A stretch of DNA of 64,000 bases from Octopus bimaculoides (taxonomy: Eukaryota), in NCBI RefSeq assembly GCF_001194135.2, contig NC_068989.1:13491785-13555784 (forward strand), read 5' to 3'. The notes below the pieces were generated by a model that was not told the DNA's origin, did no database searches, and saw only the letters and a program-made list of their open reading frames with translations. Position 1 is the stretch's first letter. Each line of letters opens with the position of its first letter. Below, one piece after another: positions 25,780 through 38,223 of this stretch. The position numbers were made by a program, and so were the translations under genes.

Positions 25780-26200
25780 AACTCTCCTGTCATTTTGTTC
25801 ATTCCTCCAGGGCGCGATGTTAGTAATTTACTAACATATTCATCCCCATGTGTTTTGAAAACTGAAAGTGCAGAGGAGTCAAAATATTTTCTGAAAAATG
25901 TGTACTTTTACGTGTTCCTGAAATTTAAAGATGTTTGATGTAAAAGTTTTGCCAAATTCCGTCGAACTACTGTTATTTTGTCTGACGTCATACCTATGAA
26001 CATTAAATCTTTCATTTAATGTTCCTTTTGTGCAACGAACATAAATCAAGTTGTGTTTGGTGCATTCCGCTGCGTACACCATCTGGAATCCTTACAGGTC
26101 ACACATTCTGTATAAATCATAACGTTGCTGTTACAAGCTGTGATGGATTTCGTTTAACTCATATTGTTGCACAGTAAACAGGGATTACTTCTCTTGCGGT
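25780..26200 (-). pseudogene. Decayed Penelope-like element, GIY-YIG endonuclease region
   Basis: Minus-strand frames, joined across frameshifts and stops, give PCLLCNNM...CVTCKDS, then VYAAECTKHNLIYVRCTKGTLNERFNVHRYDV, then EYVSKLLTSRPGGMN. This matches the order of the PLE Cys motif, the two GIY-YIG strands, L..R...H and the terminal L.T..P.G.N motif. The assignment is from recalled motifs; no search was run. Confidence 0.7.
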
Positions 26201-28563
26201 TATGTAGCCTGAATAAATATTTCTGTCACATCTTCCTAATATTTTTTTCTAAGGTGTTTGAGCACCTCAGTCTACCCTCTTTTTGAAGCTTCACTAAAAA
26301 CTGCTATTATTCTATGCTGATCGCTTGCTCTTAAAATTATGAAGTTTTGAAGAAGCAATATGACGTCATTCCGTGGGGAGAGCCTTATATTGTGAATCAT
26401 AAAGTTGCACCCTAGTTTCACCCCTTGTCACTGGATCGGAAACAAGTGTCTCTTCATTGTCTCAAACGTTTCCACTATGTGAGAACAGACTCTCACTTTT
26501 CTCTCTTTCAAATCGGGTGTCAACGGCTGATACATCCATATTGCACGCATTTCCGAGGAATGTCCAATGTCTCCCCACTTCTTTTATGACGAACTTTGAC
26601 CACCTGCGGATGTTCAGTCGTCACCCTGTGCAAACCATTTCCTCCGATCGTGGGTGATTCGTTCACTCGTCGAAGTTGATTATCTTGCACTACATGGCTT
26701 GTTTCAATGCTGTTTTCCTCTTCTTTAAACTTCAACAATCTCTTCTCATTGTTCTAGTCACCACTGGCGTCATCTTCGTAAACGACCTTTAAACATCAAT
26801 GGATATCGAACCGACTGTAGCCCCACCTCAGTCAAGTGTGAAATGACGGCATCTTGCTTCTGGTTCGATCGCGTTATGTTCCTGCAATGAGGAAGAAATG
26901 GAAGAAGAGTTAAATGTTACATAATCATTGTGTAGCTCGAAAAGAAACACGTGTAAGTGTGCTATAATCAAGTGTATTCTTATGTATTTCACATCCTGTC
27001 CGTATTGTTTGGCCACTATAACAAACTGTAAAGAGGAATTATAGGTATATAACACGAATTTTTTTCGTGAGTATCTGTTTTGGAGAATAACGGAGTATGT
27101 ACAATTTGTAAATCAATGTTTAGACGTCGAGCACTTTTGTAGACATTATACACATTATTCATACACATTATATATATATATGCGTGCGTGCGTGTTTGTA
27201 TGTGTGCGTATCCATACATATATGCTCAAATCCATACGTATATATACATACATGCGTAGGTACAAACATACAGACTACACACATACATACACATATGTAT
27301 ACGCACATATGTATATAGATACACACACACACGTACATAGATATACACATATGTACATCCACATTCCTATACAAGAACAAATGAAAAGAAGCAGCCATAT
27401 ATACACACGTATACGTTCATATACAGACGTTCACAAATAGTTACACATCCACACTCAAACACGAATATAAAAACACACTACAGCACGCCGACATGTAGAC
27501 ATGTAAAGAATCACACATGTACATGCAAACAAACACAACGCACGCACACTCATACATTCACCTTTCCACACACCACATGCAATCATATACACACAACACA
27601 CTCAAACGAACGCAACACACATACTTACGCACGTACACTTGCACACAAATACAAACACACAAACACACAGTTGAATGCTTTTGATTTGTTTGACGTTTCC
27701 CCTGCCCTTAACTTCAATTCTATTATTTTCATTTCAATTACAGAGGTAGCGAGGTGGGAGGGAGACGAGGAGGGCATTGATCATGTTTGAATGTCGATCG
27801 AACACAATTGTAAAAAGAAAAACAGACAACAGCAAACAGAAAAGCAACAATATAATTATCAATAACGTTGATATAAAAATAAAAATAAAAGAAACATGGC
27901 AGCAACAATAAAATATATAACAATATCAAAAACAGCAACAACAATAAGAGAAATATAATCATCAGCATCATCATCATGATCGTTAGTTTCGTCGTCCCCG
28001 CCATCGCCGTCGTCATTGCCGTGATTACCCCCCCCCCACCGCCTTCATTATGATGATGACAATGTGGATGATGATCAACATCATCCCCATCATCGTCATC
28101 ATACTCATCATCATTATCATCAACATCGATAAAAAATAATAACAACAACAACAACAACGACATTAACTGCAGTTACAACTACTAAAAACAAAATGAACAA
28201 TCACAAAAGCAACAACAACGATTACATTCTTAACACCAAGAACAAACAACTATAACAGGTTAAAAACAAAAAATAACATTAACAACAACGGCAACAATAG
28301 TGTTATCTATGTATAGCTCAACAATAAAACAAGAAATAGCAACAACTAAACCGAAAACAAAGCGCAACGGCAACAATAAACACAACAATATTCCAATCGA
28401 AAACAAATTAGCAAAGCTGCAAGAACAGAAATAGCACTAACAATCGCAAAATCAACAAGAAATGTATCAGCTACACATACAATAACATATGCTTTCTGAG
28501 TTCAACTCTTGCCGCGGTGAACTATGCTTTTTAATCTTCCAGGGTCGTTAACAAAATATTAAT

Positions 28564-29015
28564 GTTTTTGGGGGTTTTTTTCTCTTCTTTTCTACTCTAG
28601 GCACAAAGCCCGAAATTTGGGGGGGCGGGGGTCAGTGGATTAGATTGACCCCAGTACGCAACTGGTACTTAAGTTATTGACCCCGAAAGAATGAAAGGTA
28701 AAGTCGAGCTCGGCGGAATTTGAACTCAGAACATAAAGACAAACGAAATACCGCTAAGTATTTCTCCTGACGTGCAAACGTTTCTTATTTCTTTATTGCC
28801 CACAAGGGGCTAAACATAGAGGAGACAAACAAGGACAGACAAAGGAATTAAGTCGATTAGATCGAACCAGTGCATAATTGGTACTCAATATATCAACCCT
28901 GAAAGGATGAAAGACAAAGTCGACGTCGGAATTTGAACTCAGAACGTAACGGCAGACGAAATACCGCTAAGCATTTCGCCTGGCGTGCTAACGTTTCTGC
29001 CAGCTCGCCGCCTTG
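28564..29015 (-). mobile_element. Head-to-tail family E dimer within a single TSD
   Basis: Two family E centres with different tails are joined at GAAACGTT. The 13-bp TSD is ACAAAATATTAAT (28551-28563, 29016-29028). Confidence 0.88.
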
Positions 29016-29350
29016 ACAAAATATTAATCCTAAAGGTGGAGAGGTGTGTCTATACAAATCTCGCTCCGTATGGCACTTGATGTTAGTCCTAGCTTTTGCG
29101 TTCTGGTTTCAAGTCCCGAATGGCTTATATATGTATATTGGATTTATTCTGCCTCCGATTTAACATCACCACTACCTAGCATTTGAGGTCCATGTAGCGG
29201 AGGAACCCACTCTTTTGTAAGTATTCGCGTCTGGATACTTTTCCAGGATACCTTTCGCCCTTTTCCCCTTGGAGGCTTTGCAACAGATCGTACGGGCTAA
29301 CTTCCCTCCGGATAAGGAGAATACAAAAACAGCTGGATATCTGCAATATT

Positions 29351-29737
29351 TTGTTGTTGGCACTCCGTCGCTTACGACGTCGAGGGTTCCAGTTGATCCG
29401 ATCAACGGAACAGCCTGCTCGTGAAATTAACGTGCAAGTGGCTGAGCACTCCACAGACACGTGTACCCTTAACGTAGTTCTCGGGGGAGATTCAGTGTGA
29501 CACAGTGTGACAAGGCTGACCCTTTGAATTACAGGCACAACAGAAACAAGAAGTAAGAGTGAGAGAAAGTTGTGGTGGAAGAGTACAGCAGGGTTCGGCA
29601 CCATCCCCTGCCGGAGCCTCGTGGAGCTTTAGGTGTTTTCGCTTAATAAACACTCAGAACGCCCGGTCTGGGAATCGAAACCGCGATCCTATGACCGCGA
29701 GTCCGCTGCCCTAACCACTGGGCCATTGCGCCTCCAC
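29351..29737 (-). mobile_element. SINE family A, full length (tRNA-Arg-like head)
   Basis: The head reads GGAGGCGCAATGGCCCAGTGGTTAGGGCAGCGGACTCGCGGTC with a TCG anticodon-like loop. The 3' hairpin is CGTCG-TAAG-CGACG, followed by a (CAA)n tail. The TSD is ATCTGCAATRTT (29339-29350, 29738-29749). Confidence 0.92.
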
Positions 29738-30210
29738 ATCTGCAATGTTATACGAACGAGGACTGAACGTTTCAAGCAACAATAATGATTATTTCGGCAA
29801 ATGAAAACTACAGCAGCGGCAGTAACAGCAGCAAAGAGCTGCAAGAACACTAGCAACTTCGGTAACAGTAGCAGCAATAACAATTAGTAATAGCGTCAAC
29901 AGCAGCTTTAACAGCATCAGCAACTGGGGCGACAACAATGCCCGCCCTAACAGCATCAGCAACAGGAACAGCTTTAGAAACAGCAGCAGTAACAATAGCA
30001 ACATTAGTATTAGCAACTGCAACAATAACAACAGCAGCGTTTGCAAAATAATTTGATTTAGTTGGAAACGACTGCATTCAACCAGTGTTGGAGTCTTTAA
30101 GTGGTCACTAAATCCGCTAGAAACAACAGCTAAACTTTCCAAAAGTACACTACATCGTTCTAGAAAAAAAGGCAAAAAATAGATAATGCTAGTTATGAAT
30201 TTCATGCACA

Positions 30211-30380
30211 GGTGCAGGAGTGGCAGTGTGAAAAGTAGCTTGCTGATTACCAACCACATGGTTCCGGGTTCAGTCCCACTGCGTGGCACCTTGGGCAAGT
30301 GTCTTCTACTATAGCCTTGGGCCGACCAAAGCCTTGTGAGTGGATTTGGTAGACAGAAACTGAAAGAAGCCCGTCGTATA
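30211..30380 (+). mobile_element. SINE family B, 5' half only
   Basis: It aligns with 45599-45765 and then runs into (TA)n and an N gap. No 3' half follows the gap. Confidence 0.88.
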
Positions 30381-30698
30381 TATCTATACTTATATATATA
30401 TATATATATATATATNNNNNNNNNNNNNNNNNNNNNNNNNNNNNNNNNNNNNNNNNNNNNNNNNNNNNNNNNNNNNNNNNNNNNNNNNNNNNNNNNNNNN
30501 NNNNNNNNNNNNNNNNNNNNNNNNNNNNNNNNNNNNNNNNNNNNNNNNNNNNNNNNNNNNNNNNNNNNNNNNNNNNNNNNNNNNNNNNNNNNNNNNNNNN
30601 NNNNNNNNNNNNNNNNNNNNNNNNNNNNNNNNNNNNNNNNNNNNNNNNNNNNNNNNNNNNNNNNNNNNNNNNNNNNNNNNNNNNNNNNNNNNNNNNNN

Positions 30699-30761
<63 letters not shown>

Positions 30762-30819
30762 ACAAAAATCCATCTACTAATACCGAGAACTTCTTTCACC
30801 ACCATTTTTACCACACCTG

Positions 30820-31292
30820 TCCCTATTATCTCTACCACTACAACCAATACACTTTCCACCACCACCACCACCACCAATACCAACATCGTCATCACCACCA
30901 TCACCACCACCATCTCTGCCGTTACCACCACTTCCAGCACCACCGCGACTGACAACACCACCACCAACAACAACAAGAACACCCTTGTACTATCACCATG
31001 GCTGCACGAACAACACTACCACCACCATCATCACCGTTCTTACCATCACCGCCACCATAACACTAACCTTACAATTACACCACCACCACCACCACTATCA
31101 CTACAGCCGTTACAAAGGCAAAATAAAACCGGTATTCAGGAACAGAATGTTTGTTTTGGAATATTATTTCCGGAATAGCAAGGGTGTACTCATTAACCTT
31201 GGATTGTGGGGTGGAGGTGGTCGCAGAGGTGGTGGTTGTAGGGCGTAGCTGTAGTGGGGGGAGTCATGTCGCTGCTGCTGCTGCTGCTGCTG

Positions 31293-31324
<32 letters not shown>

Positions 31325-31620
31325 GGTTGTGGTGGTGGTGATGGGATTGATGGAGTTTGTCGATGATGACGATGACGATGACGATGATGGTGATGATGAC
31401 GACGAAGACGACGACGATGACGATGATGATAATTATGATGATGATGATGATGATGGTGGTGATGAGGAGGAGGAGGAGGACGACGACAACGACAACGACA
31501 GCGACGATGGAGATGATGATGATGGTGGTGGTGATCATGATGACGGCGATGATGATGGTGATGATGATGATGATGAACAATGCTCTTGTTGTTGGAGGTG
31601 GTGGACGGCGGTGGTGAGAT
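30820..31620. repeat. Compound trinucleotide region with C-rich left half and G-rich right half
   Basis: (CAC/CAT)-type repeats at 30820-31100 face (GGT/GAT)-type repeats at 31210-31620. Confidence 0.9.
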
Positions 31621-31980
31621 ATTGGGGGTGGAGACGTCGGAGTGGACGTAGAAATGGGTGAAAATGATGGAAGTGGGTAGAAACAGCGGTGGTCGTGGAT
31701 GCTTGTGATGTTTGTGTTGTTTCCGATGAGAGAGCATAAATGTATTGGGTATTAACAAAATGAGTAAAATATAAAAATGCACAAGTCCACCTTCAATTGT
31801 ACCCACCTATGAAAAAAATCAAGCAGTATCTTAGAATGCTTCTATGGTCAACATGTCCAGAACCATTAATATTCTTTGATAGGCAAGACAAGGAAGAAAA
31901 GTGAAACATTTACGTGAATGCAAAAATTGAGTATTTGTTGCAAAAATAATACAATGAAACCAGGAATATTACACCAAATC

Positions 31981-32130
<150 letters not shown>

Positions 32131-33399
32131 TAGTTTTATAGTTAAGAATATGCTTTGAAACCAGGGTTCTGCTTTCGATACCTTTTTGAAGCTCATTAAG
32201 TTTTATGCAAATGTTTTCCAAATTTTAATATTTCTTGTATCACTAAATCTCCTGGTAGCGAAATCTCCTGTACGAAACCCGCCACACACACACAAAGACA
32301 CACAAACAAAGACACACACACACGCTCATACATATTTAGATGTTAATATCGTACATATGTATACATTGATGTGTTGTAGATATCAGCATCAAACAAAATA
32401 CATTGTGGTAATTACACGACGGAGGTATGTTTCGAATTTGTATTCAGCAATTACTTATCCGTGAATCAATTACGAAAATGTAAAGCTGACTTCCGTCGGA
32501 TTTGAACTCTCAATACTGAGAACCCTAATCAAATACTGCACGATATTCTACCTCCTACGCCGCCCCTGATGCATTTAGATACATGTACATGCCTACAATA
32601 TTTGTGCGTATAGACGTATATGTGCGTATATGTATATCTTCAAGATATATTTAGATATATCTTGTGGTATTTCGCAGATTGACTTAGAATCATACATGTT
32701 GTTAAATACACACAGCATTCAGACATGTGTACGCCATAATATAGAATTCACTCGTTACTTTGGCTGATAAAATCGCATATAATCATACTTAAAGTGACAC
32801 AAGATACCGTATTTTCTTTAGAACTACATGTAACATTTCAAACAAGATAAAAGCAAGATTTCAGTTTTTTTAACACCCTAATTGAAACCAACCCATTCAA
32901 TTGTGTAAGACCCTGCATGTCTGAGTTCGGCCTCCTTGCAATACCGTTACCATATCTCTAAAATCTCGACGAGGACGTTAGAGAATCTTACGTAATCAAA
33001 CTGGCGCCATCTGGTAAAATACACTTGTAATTATCGACTGTGCATTAACAGTAACACAGATCGGTGTCAATTGCATTCCACACTATTTAGACACTTAATA
33101 CGCGTGTTTTGCGCACCTACGCCGAAGCTGTTTACGCTTCGTAGTAGCTTTTTCTTACCCTTGTAATATCATTATTTTTTGTGTGTATATGTATGTATGA
33201 ATGTATGTTTGCCTGCATGTATGCATGTGTGTTGTATGTTTGCATGTGTATGTGTATACATCATTGTACGTGCTTGTGCATATCTATGTTAAATGTATTG
33301 AGAGATAGATTAAAGATAGAATAGAATTTACTGCACAAACTCTCCATTGTCCCCACGTCAGCCATGTTGAAAACATAGAACAGAAATAGTTACTGCAGT

Positions 33400-34400
33400 C
33401 TGGATATGATGTCATACTGGAAGCACTATACTTGCTGACTTTTGCTATCTCCACTGGACCAGTTGATTACTTCGTCTTAGTGTCCTACGCGATGCTATTG
33501 CCTTTTTAGAGCACATCCGAAATTCTTCACGAGGCATCGGAGAGTCTTTCTTTGAATTTTTGGAATCTCAGATTCCTTAAAGCTGAAGACATTGTTTGTC
33601 AAACCTCACCTTACAATACTCAAGTTCCAAGGCTGTCCTCTATCAAACGTCATATATGACCATGCAGCTCTTTTTTTTTTCAGTGAGCTTAGACTCCGTT
33701 TCTTTCCTTGGATTGACTATCATTTCACTCATTAAAACTATGCAGACTGGATGCCTTGTATTACCATTGATTACTAGTCTTCTAGTGGTGGATTCATGGC
33801 AGCCACTAAAAGCATCACGATTATAGGGCACCAAACCCCAAAGTCTTTCTCAGGTCTCGACTATGTAGTAGTGAAATTTACTACAAAGAACTTCATCTGA
33901 AGTAAATCTGCGTGCGGCACCATAAATTCACAATCCCTACTGCTGATACTCGGCACTATTCCAGTGACGCTATGACTCAACTTTTGGATCACATTCAGGT
34001 AGTTTTTTTAGGACATCTAACCAGCTGCTGAAAATCTGTTATTGTTCTTGTTTGCCTTCTTAAGGGTGTGACTGATTACTGATGCACGGTCAAGGCAGCC
34101 AATGTACTTTGAGACTCTGAGTATTGGGACATCCCTGTCAATGTACTCATCGGTGAGTAGATGCGTTTACAATCATTTGGCTATGATGAACCGCAAGATT
34201 TTACTTTCAGTATCTAACAGAGAAATATCTCGAAACAAATCAAATGTTGCTTCTTATGGACAAAACTAACCTCCGCAGGTAATTGGATCCAGAGATCTTG
34301 CTTCTTACACCAGATCGTTCGTAAATATTTCGCCAGCTTCTTCAGAAGCACTGTACAGGATTTGTAAACCCTTTATGTGGAACCGCATTTTACTGGACTA
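33400..34400 (-). pseudogene. Possible heavily decayed CR1/L2-like reverse transcriptase remnant
   Basis: Across broken frames, in the expected order, occur TGMSQYS (cf. SGVPQGS), EKDFGV (33834-33851), LEYC (33613-33624) and KIQRK (33546-33560). There are many stops and frameshifts. Confidence 0.4.
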
Positions 34401-34721
34401 CCTGCCAATTAGCCTCTGAAGTACATCGTTATATATTAGTCGGCTGTGAGTTAGAAGAAAACACAAGGCAACACCTCTTACAAAATTGAGTTTAATATAC
34501 AGAGAAAATATAGCAAATAAGAGTAACTACCTAGAGAAATACATGCAACTATATATAATTAGTCACACGCAACATCCACACATTCATACACTGAATCACG
34601 CTTTTATGTACACGGAGATATTCAGTCAAGTTAATAAAATGTTTTAAGACTTCAGATAGTAATTGTATGTTCGTCTACAGACGCCTTCACTAAAAACTTG
34701 CAACTATTATGAATAATAAAT

Positions 34722-34928
34722 AATCCTATCTACAAAAAGCACAAAGCCTGGAATTTGGGGTGAGGGAATTAGTCGATTGCATCGTCCCCGTGTTACACTG
34801 GTACTTAATTTATTGACACCGAAAGGGAATGTCGACCCCAGTGGAATTTGAACTCAAACGTCCGGGCGTATGAAATACAGCTAAGCATTTCGTCCAGAGC
34901 ATTAGCGAATCTGCCAGCTCGCCGCCTT
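34722..34928 (-). mobile_element. SINE family E
   Basis: It ends in CTGCCAGCTCGCCGCCTT (the reverse-complemented head) and has the family E centre and tail. Confidence 0.85.
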
Positions 34929-34989
34929 ATATGGCTAATACATAATATTATGGCATATATACATATATAGGCATATATATATATGTATA

Positions 34990-35099
<110 letters not shown>

Positions 35100-35911
35100 G
35101 AGAGACACAGAGAGAGTGAAGGACAGAAAGATAGTGAAAGAGGGACAAAGAAGATATAAAGTTCCTTCATGCTGCCTAATTATTTTTCACTTTTCCATTG
35201 TTCTCTTTATTTGAAGTATGGTATTTTGTCAAAGACGTATTTATGAAAAGAAAAATGAAAAAAAATGAAAAAAAATTTACTTTGAACAAATTTTTGATCC
35301 AGCAGAGTTTGAAATTTTCTCTTCAACAAGTAAAAAATAAAATGAACAAATTTAATTATTCCCTACACAATAGACAAAAGAAATTTAAGAAAAAATAATT
35401 AAAATCCTTTTTGATGTCCACAACCAGACAATGAGGCATTTGTTTGAATATTGTATGTATATATATATTTTCTCTTCCTGACTGAGAGTTCCTATTTTTA
35501 TTTTGACCGACCACCTGCTCGGTGACAAGGATGTAAAGAAAAGATACTTTTTTCGTTATTCTTTGCACAATTATTCATCTTGTAAATTTTAAGACGGTGG
35601 TGTAGATTTTCATTATCTCAGCTACCATAATAATCTATACTGTACGTATTATAAAGCTACATTCTCTTTAAATATCTAAGTTTAGATGTACTTTCATCCA
35701 GGCGGTTTACTACATTTTCAGTCTCTTCAAAGATAAATAACATTTTGGTAACTCGTTTTGCAGTCTGTTCGTCAATGGTACATAAAATGTCATCTTTTTT
35801 TTTTTCTCTTACCAAATTAATGTTAAATGTGTAGCTCACAACTGCAGCTGAGCATTATTTTTTGCTCCAAACACCACTATCAGCGTTAAGTCTTAATTTG
35901 ATTACAGTTTT

Positions 35912-36291
35912 GGGATCTTTTCTCTTTGAACGGCACATCGAGAAATTAATTTTTTGTAACTAAACACTTTCAAACTTCGGACACTGGTAGAATGTGTCAT
36001 ATAAAACATCTTTTACTCTTGACGTTTTTAAGAAAATTGTCTATTTTCAAAGTTATTTCGTGTTAAACAACAGCAGTAATTTTATTCAGCTGGATACACG
36101 TCATTGATTGGTTGAAATTACCGAAATACGACAACTTTAACAAGAAATAACTTTGAAAATAGACAATTTTCTTAAAAACGCCAAGAGTAAAAGATGTTTT
36201 ATATGACACATTCTACCAGTGTCCGAAGTTTGAAAGTGTTTAGTTACAAAAAATTAATTTCTCGATGTGCCGTTCAAAGGGTAAACATCCC
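35912..36291. mobile_element. Long-TIR MITE (foldback-like)
   Basis: The inverted arms are 35912-36059 and 36144-36291. The inner 136 bp (35924-36059 vs 36144-36279) differ at one position. The termini are GGGAT...ATCCC, and AGTTTT abuts both ends. Confidence 0.85.
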
Positions 36292-36553
36292 AGTTTTTAT
36301 TCCTAGGTTCCACCTATATTCTTTCGGTCTGATTGCCTCAATATCTTCATCTACGTTTATTATTATTTTCTTTTTTTATTCTATTCTCATTTACACATCT
36401 ACCACAACATGCTTAATGAGGAAACAGTATATATAGGACAATTTCTCATATTTGCAACAATGTGGCTAACATCTTGGTTTTGCTTGACCAGCATCTGTCA
36501 GTCTTCTCTTTGTGTGGAACATACTTAACGAGAATTTCTTGTCTTTACATTTT

Positions 36554-36795
36554 GGCCTAGTGGTTAGGGTGTCAGCATCATGATCGTATGATTGTGGTTT
36601 CGTTTCCTGAACCGGGCGACGCGTTGTGTTCTTGAGCAAGCAAAACACTTCATTTCACCTTGCTCCAGTCCACTCAGCTGGCAAAAATGAGTAACGCTGC
36701 GATGGACTGGCGTCCCGTCCAGCTGGAGAACACATACGACATTGAAACCGGGAAACCGGGCCCATGAGCCTGGCTAGGCTTTAAAAAAGGGCGCA
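36554..36795 (+). mobile_element. SINE family D (tRNA-like head, CORE-like middle)
   Basis: The head reads GGCCTAGTGGTTAGG...GGTTTCGTTTCC. The middle TGTGTTCTTGAGCAAG...CACTTCATTTCAC resembles the CORE domain from memory. Related copies lie at 40986-41095 and ~41815-41985. Confidence 0.8.
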
Positions 36796-38187
36796 TTTTT
36801 TTTTTTTTTATCATTCAAGCTAAAATGTTATGAACATGTCGCGGCTACATTTCTGAACCTATGTATCCACGCACGAGTTTCTCAGGAGCCTGGATTATAT
36901 TTCCTTTTTATTTTCTAGTATCGTTAAGCAAAGCGTTCCAGGTATAGTTTACAACTGGAGTGAAACATTTGATTACGGATCGCTTAAGCTGTACACACAT
37001 TTTTTACTCTAATGTTTTTGCGAAAAGTTCTTAAGACATTTTGTAATCGGAAGGTTCTTGTGACATCCTTATTTTCTGTCCAATTTTGTTATAAATAAAC
37101 TGAAGAATCTGAATACTTCTCCACCCCCCAAAAAAGAGAGAGATTATCGCCATATCTTTTGCTACTAACAGTGGTCTTCAGATTGTTTGCTGCATTGAGT
37201 AAGTTTGCAATTACCTAATAATTCGAAATTCGTTTAAGATTGGTGCAACATCATTGAAGACCACTTGAGACAATAGTTCAGATTCTAAATCAGTTCCACA
37301 TGTTTCACAAAAGTTTTGAACAAGTTGCTTTGCAAACAACTTAACTTGAGGAGCGGCTTGTGATATTTTACGTATGTATATATGCACGAATGTTTGTGTA
37401 TATCTGTATGCTTATGTGTGTATGTATTGATGTGTACATGTATGTATAACTATATATATACACGTATGTACCTGCATGCATACAAATACATACATGAATA
37501 CATATATACAGCCACATCTACATACATGTACTTACAAGGAATCATACACACACACGAGTATATATCTCCATCTATCTACCTATTTATCAATATATCTATA
37601 TCTATATCTATATATATATATGTATATATATATATAGATATGTATATATATATCTATCTATCTAGCTATATATATATATATATATATATAAAGCACATGG
37701 TGTACAGAAACGTAATATCTTGATTATATTTATATACACTGGATAGATACTCAATTAAATAAGGATATCTCAAATTGACACCACTAATAGAACTATGCTC
37801 ATACAGATATATGCATATACTCGCACGCACACGCACACGCACACGCACACGCACACACAGAAATGCTTGTATGTATAGCAATGAATAGGTACGAGTGCAA
37901 ATGTGTACACAGATCTATTGTATTTAATCAAACAAAGTTATATAAAGGAAAGTATTTGCGTACACTTCTCGTAAATACTCGTACGGAGGAGTATTTACTA
38001 CACTGGACCAAATCCACACCTTACACACACATACACCAAAACACACATCCCCCCACAGACACATATACGGATACGCACAAAGATACACACATGCGTACAC
38101 ATAGGAATACGCGCATACATATACAGTGATACCTTCAATTACATACACACAAACAAGCGGTCACGTAGACACAACACACACGCACAT

Positions 38188-38223
<36 letters not shown>

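Noticed and set aside
26400-27100. Cys-rich broken frame on the plus strand next to the PLE remnant
   Set aside because: It is short, interrupted and not assignable, and it could not be linked to the PLE reverse transcriptase.
29040-29340. GC-richer block with GKRAKG resembling an RTE C-terminus
   Set aside because: It shows one short motif only, and the rest of the ORF comes from the adjacent SINE.
33001-33015. CTCF-like core CCAGATGGCGC (minus strand)
   Set aside because: It is a single partial motif with a mismatched 5' part, and such words also occur in transposon ends.
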